From: Candidatus Aenigmatarchaeota archaeon
GTDB taxonomy: Archaea > Aenigmatarchaeota > Aenigmatarchaeia > QMZP01
NCBI GenBank assembly: GCA_039091855.1
Contig: JAWCLA010000007.1
Span: 15,415 to 28,152, forward strand
Reading direction: 5' to 3'
DNA: 12,738 nt
Shown here: positions 1 through 7,445 of the stretch, piece by piece
Layout of the letters: every line of letters starts with the position of its first letter
Position numbering within the stretch: the first letter of the stretch is position 1
Made by a program: the position numbers and the translations under genes
Notes under the pieces: model-generated
What the model saw: only the letters and a program-made list of their open reading frames with translations
Databases searched by the model: none
What the model was told of the DNA's origin: nothing

Positions 1-2
1 TA

Positions 3-155
3 CCAAAAAAACCTTTCCAGCCAGAGAAGGTCATAGAACTTCTCGTGGAAAAACACGGCTTCTCTCAGGAAAGGGTTAACTCTGTCCTTGAAAAGATGAG
101 GGAGGCGCAAAGCAGGAAGAGGCAGACAGGGCTTGGGGCATTCCTTGGTAAGTGA
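3..155 (+). CDS. fen: Flap endonuclease 1, C-terminal end (gene truncated by window start)
   Basis: Frame 3 translates as PKKPFQPEKVIELLVEKHGFSQERVNSVLEKMREAQSRKRQTGLGAFLGK* (TGA 153-155). LVEKHGFSQERV matches the archaeal FEN1 C-terminal pattern, and QTGLGAF is a PIP box. Not in the ORF track. Confidence 0.9.
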   Translation, partial: PKKPFQPEKVIELLVEKHGFSQERVNSVLEKMREAQSRKRQTGLGAFLGK

Positions 156-156
156 T

Positions 157-432
157 ATGTCCGATTCAATAATTGGAGTTATAGCGGAAATGGTTTTCTA
201 TGTATTGAATAGCACTGCTGATGCAATTGTTTCGCTTTTCAGGCTTTTTCTCAAACTCGTAGGTATTGCAGAAATCGTTTCCTCCACAGGCGCTCTTGGG
301 ATTTTTGTTTCTGCCTTTGCCCTCGGGCTGGTTTTGTTCTTTCTCTGGAAGTTTGCGATAAAGTCTTTGAAAACAATAATCATTCTCCTTGTCATCGGGG
401 CATTGCTAATTCTCGCTGTTTTCCTGTCATAG
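157..432 (+). CDS. Small membrane protein, about 91 aa, 2-3 hydrophobic helices, function unknown
   Basis: ATG 157 is separated from the fen1 stop by 1 nt. Long hydrophobic segments: GALGIFVSAFALGLVLFFLW and IIILLVIGALLILAVFLS. Confidence 0.8.
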   Translation: MSDSIIGVIAEMVFYVLNSTADAIVSLFRLFLKLVGIAEIVSSTGALGIFVSAFALGLVLFFLWKFAIKSLKTIIILLVIGALLILAVFLS

Positions 433-460
433 TTTTATAATTTTTTGATAAATAAAAAAT

Positions 461-925
461 ATGGCAAGTAGGAGCTGCCTTGAGAAAATGCGAAAAATTC
501 ATGACTCCCTTGCGGAAAGAATCTATGAAAACCCCGGAATTATAATTATAGATGGTGACATTGTTTCTGAAGAAACGTTGATATCAAAGCGCAGGGAATT
601 CTGGTGCGGATACTGTACTGACATCGCTTTTCTCAGGGAGCCCCAACCAGCGACGGCAGAGTTTGACATAATAGAGGTTTGCTCAAACTGCTACGGAAAG
701 TCAATAACTGGGGCTTATAGCGATCTGAAAAACAAGACGCTTTGTTTTTGCGAAAATTACTTTCCTTTGTTTCTCAAAAAACTGAAATATGGAATGGGTT
801 TCAAGCCTCAAAATTACACCGAACTATGGCTTGACATTTTGGTGAGCTTTTTTGACTTCAACGGAGCCGTAAAGACCGAAAGGCTTCCCGGATTCAGGAA
901 AAAGCTGATAGCGAGAATACATTAG
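461..925 (+). CDS. Hypothetical protein, 154 aa; weak resemblance to a degenerate PD-(D/E)xK fold
   Basis: ATG start preceded by AT-rich TTTATAA at about 434-440. Cys-rich; TDIAFL...DIIEVCS spacing. Confidence 0.6.
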   Translation: MASRSCLEKMRKIHDSLAERIYENPGIIIIDGDIVSEETLISKRREFWCGYCTDIAFLREPQPATAEFDIIEVCSNCYGKSITGAYSDLKNKTLCFCENYFPLFLKKLKYGMGFKPQNYTELWLDILVSFFDFNGAVKTERLPGFRKKLIARIH

Positions 926-1344
926 CCAACATACCCCGCTTCCTTCTGCTTTGGTGCAACCCTCGGCATAGCAAGGGGTGGTGGAAGCTGAAGGTCGTCA
1001 GCTATGTTCGCTACTTTGAGCAGACACGACCTGAAAAGGTGGTTGAGAACCTCTATGTTGACATTTTCAGGAAGCATTTTCTTTGACTGCCACTGCTTAA
1101 TTATTTTCAGGTTGTTTTCACCCGTGTAAAGGAGCTCGCCGTTTATCTTAACCTGCCCTATGTCAGGACTGTAAGTTGTAACAAACTCGAAATTGAGGGA
1201 AATCACCTTTTTTCCTATTGCAGGCAGGTCTATCTGCTTGACAGAAACTATCCTCGGTGTTGAGTTGACCTTTATCTCACCCTTTGGGGCGTTTTTCTCC
1301 CGCTTTCCCTCCAATGAATCGAGCTTCATACCTATTATTGGCAT
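922..1344 (-). CDS. Conserved archaeal hypothetical protein, 140 aa
   Basis: SD GGAGGTG upstream of ATG and TATA-like TTTAAATA further upstream. The pattern (MPIIG..., FEFVTTY..., INGELLY, ADDLQLPPPLAMP) resembles a widespread uncharacterised euryarchaeal/DPANN family. Confidence 0.85.
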   Translation of the reverse strand: MPIIGMKLDSLEGKREKNAPKGEIKVNSTPRIVSVKQIDLPAIGKKVISLNFEFVTTYSPDIGQVKINGELLYTGENNLKIIKQWQSKKMLPENVNIEVLNHLFRSCLLKVANIADDLQLPPPLAMPRVAPKQKEAGYVG

Positions 1345-1404
1345 AGCACACCTCCAAATAGCAATATTTGAAGATTTGTATTTAAATGTGTAGTTTCTTA
1401 AGTC

Positions 1405-1602
1405 CTAAAACCCGTAATCAATCCCCCTGGATTTTAATATCTGTGAAGCAAAATATCCAGGCTTAGGCGGAAACCTTGGGTCAAAAAACGGGTCTTTTGA
1501 TTCATTTTCCCTGAGTAATACTTCGTACCTCTTTCTAACATGCCTCAAAACGCTTTTGTATACTGAGACTTCAATGTGGTCCTTTCCGTTCACGCTTCCC
1601 AT
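1405..1602 (-). CDS. Hypothetical protein, about 65 aa
   Basis: ATG 1602 preceded by SD AGGTGA overlapping the upstream gene's stop codon, an operon-like arrangement. Confidence 0.6.
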   Translation of the reverse strand: MGSVNGKDHIEVSVYKSVLRHVRKRYEVLLRENESKDPFFDPRFPPKPGYFASQILKSRGIDYGF

Positions 1603-1610
1603 GTCATCAC

Positions 1611-1904
1611 CTACCACTTTATCTCACCCTTGTATCCTTCTTTTCTAAGTATCTCGGATACATCTTCCCTTTTTTCCAGGGGGACATAATCACCAATCTC
1701 TATTGCTCTGAAACCGTCTTCAGGCTCTAACTCACGAATGTAAGGAAAACAAACTGTTTTGTATCTTTTGTGTTCAGGTTCTCCCAAAAACTCAACTTGA
1801 TACGCAAAAAACTTTCCAATGTTTGTTTCTATTACCGATATGTTGTGCCTTTTTATGCCATCCTTTTGGTTCACGAAGCTCTTTCCCAATACAAACTTTC
1901 CCAT
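1611..1904 (-). CDS. Hypothetical protein, 97 aa
   Basis: ATG with strong SD (AGGTGGTGA); charged, protein-like composition. Confidence 0.75.
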   Translation of the reverse strand: MGKFVLGKSFVNQKDGIKRHNISVIETNIGKFFAYQVEFLGEPEHKRYKTVCFPYIRELEPEDGFRAIEIGDYVPLEKREDVSEILRKEGYKGEIKW

Positions 1905-1970
1905 TTTTCACCACCTTTCTTTAAAGCTGCGGCTCACCCAAGAGGTTTTGATTTTTTCAGGAAAAGGCTG

Positions 1971-2060
1971 TCAGAAAATTTTTGCAGCCAGAAAAAGGGT
2001 GAGCAGGAAAGCCAATGCTAACTTATTGCCAAAAATAATATCCGAAGCTGATTTTGGCAC
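1971..2060 (-). CDS. Candidate 29-aa hydrophobic peptide (MPKSASDIIFGNKLALAFLLTLFLAAKIF)
   Basis: GTG 2060 to TGA 1971 by manual translation; one TM-like stretch; TATA-like TTTAAATA on the minus strand at about 2093-2100; no clear SD. Confidence 0.3.
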   Translation of the reverse strand: MPKSASDIIFGNKLALAFLLTLFLAAKIF

Positions 2061-2155
2061 TGCTTTCCATAATGAATTATTATGGGAAAAGGTATTTAAA
2101 TAACTCGGTTCGCTCTGTGTTTGGAAAATAAGTTAATTTTAATATTTTGGTTTTA

Positions 2156-4687
2156 TCATCTCTTTTCCCTATGTCCATTCTTTCGCAGGAAATCCTGAAT
2201 TCCCTTCTGCTCTGCCTTTTCACCTTTAAGCAAATCCTCCTCAGTATAACCAAGCCCTGACAGAACCCTCAGGGCGGCAGGAATCACCTGGTTTTTTATG
2301 TAATATTCAGGGTCGTAGTTCTTCGCGTCTTCCGCAGGCTCTGCCCTCTCCGATATTGAGCCCGTTCCTTTTGTGATTATGAAAGCTATTGTCGTTCCCT
2401 CCCCAACGGGCCTTCCCCTTTCCTGCGCCTTCTTTGCCGCCAAGACGTGAGGGCCGAGCTGTTGGTACTGGCTGAGTGGGCGGGTGATCTGGCTGTATAT
2501 AACCAAGTCTTCCATTTCTATTTTCCCCGAAGAAATGTCGTCAATCGTGTTCCTAACGATTTGGGCAGCCTTTTCAGGCGAATGGTCCCTTAAAACAGCG
2601 AGAAGAACCCTTTCCTGCGTTTCCTTTGCTATGTTTGACCAGTCCCTTCGCACCTTTTCGAACCCCCGTATAGTTATGTTTCCTTTATAGTCAATCAGTG
2701 CATATCTTTTCTTTGCCGCCTTTCCGGTCTTTGCGGATACGAAAATCCCTGACTGATAAAGGTCCCTGAACTCCAGCTCCATAACCCCTGGAAGCGATTC
2801 GTTTGCCTTTTCAAGAAACCTCTCAGCCTCAGACTTGCTTTTGACCTTAAGGAAGAGGGAGTCCGTGTCACCATAAATTACCTCATAACCCATTTTATTA
2901 GCGAGCTCTATAACCTGCTTTATGTAAAACCTTCCCCATGCTGTTATGGATTGGGCGCACACCCTAGAATACCACCTTGAACCAGGATAGGCGTAATATC
3001 CATAGCTGGCATTCGCAAGGATTTTCAGCCCGTGCTGCCTGTGGTCAAGAAGCTTGTATTTCTCGCTGCTGGGTCTTAGCTTTTTCATCTCCTTCTTTAT
3101 CTCATTCCTCCTTTCCATAAGGCCTTTCAGTATTTTTGGTATGAAGCCCTCGTGCTCGGAGCAGTACCAGTGTCCGTCCTCAGGAACAACATTTCTCTTG
3201 TCTTCAGATTCTGGCTTGCCCCCACAGCAGATGCAGTCCAAAGTCTCAGGCGAGACATTGTGTGTTATCGTTATTGAAGGGTAAAGCGAGTGGAAATCAA
3301 AAAGCGCTATGTTGTCGTGTATGCCCTCCTTGGGCATGTGCACATAACCGCCTGTGTATGCAGGATAGAGCCTTCTTTTTCTGACTTCGTCGTATTTAGG
3401 CCTGTTGGGAAAAAGCTCCCCGAGTTTGTAAGCCTCTCTCATATAAAGCCACTCCACAAGCTGTGAGTAACTCATCCTGCTCGTGTCGAAAAGCGTCTGA
3501 CCAGTTATCCTGCAAAGCTCTGTTATCTGTGGAAGCAGCTCCTCGGCAAGCATAAGCGTAAGCTCGGAATCCCTCATGCAGTATTCCACCAGCCCATCAA
3601 GCCCCTTTCCTGATTTCCAAAGAACCTCTATGTCTTTCCACTTGATTTTTTTCTTCCCTTCCCCTATTATTTCCCTTGCCACCTTGTCAAGCGTGAGAAC
3701 CTCTGTCATCAGGTTGGGGCTGAGTATATTTTCCACGAAGTCGTAAAGGTCTATGTGAACCCTTCCGGCAAGCTGGGCAGAGCTTATCCTCATCCTTTTC
3801 CTGAAAACAACATTGCTTTTGTCTTTGCCTAAAATCAGGTGGACCTTGTGTTCGTTTGCCCTTTCAACAAGCCTTATGAAGTCGTACCTGTCGCTGTTGT
3901 ATCCGACTATTATGTCGGGATCCCTCTCCTTTATTGTTTCCGCAAGCCTCTCTATAAGCTCCTTCTCTCCTGAAACCACCTCAACATGTGGATGGCTTAC
4001 CTTCTTGTAAGTAAGCGCCTTTGAGTAACCGGAGTTGTCTTTGAAGGACGCCATTATTATACTTTCCTTGCCTGCCTCTTCTGCCATCTCGAGGTCAAAT
4101 GCGAGAATCCTTAGGTTTGGAGGCTTCTCGTTGCTGTTTTTTTGTTGCTCAATCCTCTCCGCCTCTATGGCAACATCAACACCAATGTCTGTTTGGGTTT
4201 TCCTGCCTTTTACCTCAATCCATTCCATTGGTATTAGCGAGTTGTCGATAAGGTATCTTCGGTAGAAGGAGATTCCATACTCGTACTCTTCCTTAACATC
4301 TTTCCATTCTTTCAGCATGTCCCTAAATTTGGGGACATCGGCAGGACTTTCCGCGAAAACCTTAAGGACAGTTCTTGATATTCCGAGATACTTCCTCTCC
4401 ATTGTCTCTATTCTCATGGGCTTTTTCCCCTCAAGCTCAAGCCCCATAATCCTGTTTTTCAGTTCCTCTACCTCTGCTTTTTTAAGCTCCTGCCTCGGCT
4501 CAACATAAAAATATGGCTCAAAATTCCTGTCAAGAATTAAGGCGTTCTTTCCATCAGGAAGCTTGCACCAGAGTCTTATAACAGGTTTGCCATTCTCAAG
4601 AACATAGTCAGCGTCAACAAGAAAGGCTTTAACCCTCGTTGCTGACTGGTTGCTTATTCCCCCCTTTCCCACCTTTACTGCTGCCAT
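2156..4687 (-). CDS. polB: Family B DNA polymerase (archaeal PolB3-like) with 3'-5' exonuclease
   Basis: ExoI AFDLE, ExoII YNSDRYD, ExoIII YCMRD, motif A DFHSLYPS, motif B KILANASYGY, motif C YGDTDS, KKRYA, RRDWS and C-terminal PIP-like QKGIQDF. First ATG is at 4687; the ORF-track start at 4729 is a TTG. No intein seen. Confidence 0.97.
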   Translation of the reverse strand: MAAVKVGKGGISNQSATRVKAFLVDADYVLENGKPVIRLWCKLPDGKNALILDRNFEPYFYVEPRQELKKAEVEELKNRIMGLELEGKKPMRIETMERKYLGISRTVLKVFAESPADVPKFRDMLKEWKDVKEEYEYGISFYRRYLIDNSLIPMEWIEVKGRKTQTDIGVDVAIEAERIEQQKNSNEKPPNLRILAFDLEMAEEAGKESIIMASFKDNSGYSKALTYKKVSHPHVEVVSGEKELIERLAETIKERDPDIIVGYNSDRYDFIRLVERANEHKVHLILGKDKSNVVFRKRMRISSAQLAGRVHIDLYDFVENILSPNLMTEVLTLDKVAREIIGEGKKKIKWKDIEVLWKSGKGLDGLVEYCMRDSELTLMLAEELLPQITELCRITGQTLFDTSRMSYSQLVEWLYMREAYKLGELFPNRPKYDEVRKRRLYPAYTGGYVHMPKEGIHDNIALFDFHSLYPSITITHNVSPETLDCICCGGKPESEDKRNVVPEDGHWYCSEHEGFIPKILKGLMERRNEIKKEMKKLRPSSEKYKLLDHRQHGLKILANASYGYYAYPGSRWYSRVCAQSITAWGRFYIKQVIELANKMGYEVIYGDTDSLFLKVKSKSEAERFLEKANESLPGVMELEFRDLYQSGIFVSAKTGKAAKKRYALIDYKGNITIRGFEKVRRDWSNIAKETQERVLLAVLRDHSPEKAAQIVRNTIDDISSGKIEMEDLVIYSQITRPLSQYQQLGPHVLAAKKAQERGRPVGEGTTIAFIITKGTGSISERAEPAEDAKNYDPEYYIKNQVIPAALRVLSGLGYTEEDLLKGEKAEQKGIQDFLRKNGHREKR

Positions 4688-4735
4688 ATAATAAATTTTT
4701 GTTTTTGGGTTAAAAAGCAATCTGCTCAAAAATCC

Positions 4736-4912
4736 CTATAACAAAGACAGGAAGGGTTTATGACAATACCCTTTTTTTTCTGTATTTTTTGTCCCATATT
4801 CAAAGGGAATGAAAAACCAAAAATATATGGGCTTATAGTGTGGCTCTATCCTTATTCCTGGCTTGTACCAATTTCCTGTTGGTGAATTTTTGCTCTGCTT
4901 TTCCTTCTCCAT
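4736..4912 (-). CDS. Possible small hypothetical protein, 58 aa, perhaps leaderless
   Basis: ATG 4912 lies about 22 nt downstream of a minus-strand TATA-like CTTATAAA (4934-4941). The ORF fills the gap upstream of polB. Confidence 0.35.
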   Translation of the reverse strand: MEKEKQSKNSPTGNWYKPGIRIEPHYKPIYFWFFIPFEYGTKNTEKKGYCHKPFLSLL

Positions 4913-5008
4913 AAAAAGCATTTGGAGCTCAGTTTTATAAGCGGTTTTACAAGCCGAAACCTTTAAAAAGCCTTTTTCTAATTTGTAACTACTTAATAGT
5001 GACATATT

Positions 5009-6025
5009 ATGTACACAAAAAGGGAGATTGAAAGGGGAATGAAGGTGCTGTCCCTCTTGCAGACAGAGAGCGGGCTTTTCCTTGCCGCTCCTGCACAGGA
5101 AACAGGATACAACAAGGTCTGGATAAGGGACAATGTTTATTCAGCCCTAGGAATGGAGGTATGTAGCCCTGAGAGGGCTGTTAAGGCAGTTCGCGCGCTT
5201 TTTGACATCCTAAAGAAGCACGAGTACAAGATAGACTGGGCAATAAGGGAGAAGCCGAGGTATGCTTACCAGTACATTCACGCCAGGTACAACCCGCAAA
5301 CTCTTGAGGAATACTGGGACGAGTGGGGAAACAAGCAGAATGATGCGGTTGGTGCCTTTCTCTTTCAGGTTGCTGGGCTGTTAAAGAAGGGATACGGGGT
5401 AGTGAGGGATTCCTCTGACATAAGGGTTCTCAAGAAGCTTGTCCTTTACCTGCAGTCCATAAGATACTGGGAAGACAAGGACAACGGTATGTGGGAGGAA
5501 AACGAGGAATTACACGCCTCATCCATTGGGGCATGCGTTGCTGGATTGAAGGCAATCTCCAACTATATAGATGTTCCCAAGGAGCTGATAGAAAGGGGGC
5601 AGGAAGCCCTTGACAAACTCCTTCCAAGGGAGTCCGAAACGAAGGAAGTTGATATGGCTTTGCTCTCTCTTATCTGGCCTTACAACATTGTCACCTCAAA
5701 ACAGAGAAAACAGATTCTGAAAAATGTCGAGGGGAAGCTCGTGAGGGAAAGGGGTGTTATCAGGTATCCGGGAGACAAATATTACAACAGAAACGGAGAG
5801 GCTGAATGGACGATGGGCTTTCCTTGGCTGGCAATAATCTATAAAAAGCTTGGCAACAGGAAAAAGTATGATTTTTACATGAGCAAGACAAGGTTCGCGA
5901 TGAACGGCTTTGGCCACCTGCCAGAGCTTTACTTTGCAGGCTCGAATGAGCACAATGAGAACTCTCCTCTGGGATGGGCGCAGGCGCTATATCTGGTGGC
6001 GTTGGCTGAGGGAAGGGGTGGGTAA
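5009..6025 (+). CDS. Glycoside hydrolase family 15 (glucoamylase / phosphorylase-kinase-like) protein
   Basis: GH15-type motifs YNKVWIRD, QNDAVG, GMWEE (general acid region), GVIRYPGDKY, LPELY and PLGWAQA. Confidence 0.9.
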   Translation: MYTKREIERGMKVLSLLQTESGLFLAAPAQETGYNKVWIRDNVYSALGMEVCSPERAVKAVRALFDILKKHEYKIDWAIREKPRYAYQYIHARYNPQTLEEYWDEWGNKQNDAVGAFLFQVAGLLKKGYGVVRDSSDIRVLKKLVLYLQSIRYWEDKDNGMWEENEELHASSIGACVAGLKAISNYIDVPKELIERGQEALDKLLPRESETKEVDMALLSLIWPYNIVTSKQRKQILKNVEGKLVRERGVIRYPGDKYYNRNGEAEWTMGFPWLAIIYKKLGNRKKYDFYMSKTRFAMNGFGHLPELYFAGSNEHNENSPLGWAQALYLVALAEGRGG

Positions 6026-6037
6026 CAGGTGAAACTC

Positions 6038-7015
6038 ATGAAAAAACCGATAATAATCGTTCCCTGCTTCAGGGTCGGGGAAAAGGTGAAAAACGTCATT
6101 AAAGAGGTCAGAAGCAGGACTTGTGAGGGAGAGTATCCTGTGATTGTTGCTTATAATGACTGTTCTCCGGACAATACCCTTGATGTTCTTTTCGGGCTCC
6201 AGAAGGAATATGGCTGCCCTGAGGTAATACTCTCGGGAGAGAAAAATCTCGGCCTTTCAGGAGGCATGAAGAACTCCTTTTCCTACTGCCTTGGCGAAGA
6301 GCCAGAAAACGTTGAGGTTATAGAATATCCAGGAAAGGGATTCAAGGGCGCAGGCCCTGACTCATACCTTATTGCAATGGTTGGCGGAGACGCGCAGCAA
6401 AAGTTCTGGGAGATATTTGAAGAGGCAGGCGTTGTTGTTTATGCAGGAAAGACAAGCTACGGCTTTATGGAAAGGTGGAACATTCCAGGTGACAAAGGCG
6501 ACAGGCACATCAAGATGCCAAAGGAGAGGATAGAGAAGGAGATAATAATAAACAGGATTGCAAGGGAGTCCCTTCGCAGAATGGGATATGACACCTCACA
6601 GATAGATTCTGAGATTAAAAACAGGGGCGTGGGCGGAGGCGTGAGGGACCTGCAGACCAACAAAACATTCAGCGGCAAAAAGCTCGAGAGGCTTTATAAC
6701 GAATTGAGCGGGGACAAGAGGTATGCCTTTGACCTTGAGGTCGCTATTGTTGCCTGCAAGGAAGGTGAGCCAATACATTGGGGTATAAGAAATGATTACG
6801 GCGAGCCTGCAACACTTGGTGAAGGGTGGAAGCAAAAATGGGGTAACTCAGTGAAAGACAAGCTTTACGTAATTCAGAAACACTCAGGAATGAAAAAAGA
6901 GGACCTCAGAAAACTGATATGGGAGGTTTCTGAAAAGACAGTGGATGATGGGTTGGCTTCAAGGGAAATAGGAGAACTAGTAAAGGAGTATGGAAGGTTG
7001 TATTTTTCTGATTGA
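6038..7015 (+). CDS. Divergent GT2-family glycosyltransferase (dolichol-P-sugar synthase-like)
   Basis: SD AGGTGA at 6027-6032 before ATG 6038. N-terminal IIVPCF...NDCSPDNT, GGDAQ (DGDGQ-like), RDLQT and RYAFDLE. Confidence 0.7.
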   Translation: MKKPIIIVPCFRVGEKVKNVIKEVRSRTCEGEYPVIVAYNDCSPDNTLDVLFGLQKEYGCPEVILSGEKNLGLSGGMKNSFSYCLGEEPENVEVIEYPGKGFKGAGPDSYLIAMVGGDAQQKFWEIFEEAGVVVYAGKTSYGFMERWNIPGDKGDRHIKMPKERIEKEIIINRIARESLRRMGYDTSQIDSEIKNRGVGGGVRDLQTNKTFSGKKLERLYNELSGDKRYAFDLEVAIVACKEGEPIHWGIRNDYGEPATLGEGWKQKWGNSVKDKLYVIQKHSGMKKEDLRKLIWEVSEKTVDDGLASREIGELVKEYGRLYFSD

Positions 7016-7119
7016 AGCTTAGTTTTCGAATAATTCTTTATGGTAATCTTTCTGTTAACCAGAAGTAAATAAAAAGTACTGAGAAAATAAAAGTTTCTGT
7101 TTTTTATCAGGCGAGCCAT

Positions 7120-7341
7120 TTACTCTGTCAGGTCAAGATATTTTGGAATGTTTTCCCAACCAACATGCTTGGCGTATTTGCAGTATCTTTGCCAAGCATC
7201 CATATATTCTATATTTCTTTCGTGCGTTCCGTCTATCCTATCTCTTGCCGATTCTGCCTCTAACAGGTATTTTCTTAGGTTAGCGGCAGGATCGCCTGAT
7301 TTCCTTCTTCTCCAGTCTATGAACTTTACATACAGTTTCAT
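7120..7341 (-). CDS. Hypothetical protein, 73 aa
   Basis: SD GGTGA upstream of ATG 7341. The longer ORF-track version (from 7563) overlaps the beta-propeller gene and is unlikely. Confidence 0.65.
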   Translation of the reverse strand: MKLYVKFIDWRRRKSGDPAANLRKYLLEAESARDRIDGTHERNIEYMDAWQRYCKYAKHVGWENIPKYLDLTE

Positions 7342-7445
7342 ATTTTCACCATTTGTTACTATAAAATAGTAACAAAAGTATATAAAGCTTTTGATAGTGT
7401 AGGTCAAATAATGCAATATAAAAATCCAACATAGAAATAATTCAT

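Noticed and set aside
133-156. TTG start at 133 for the membrane protein
   Set aside because: It overlaps the fen1 C-terminus; ATG 157 directly after the fen1 stop is more plausible.
1770-2103. + strand ORFs of 83 and 94 aa
   Set aside because: Antisense to the SD-led gene 1611-1904, with no recognisable motifs.
2484-4508. Several + strand ORFs inside polB, and a possible intein in polB
   Set aside because: The ORFs are antisense shadows. Polymerase motifs are normally spaced and no intein signature is seen.
6874-7119. 81-aa minus-strand ORF starting right after the stop at 7120
   Set aside because: It overlaps the GT2 gene by about 140 nt antisense and runs through AT-rich intergenic DNA.
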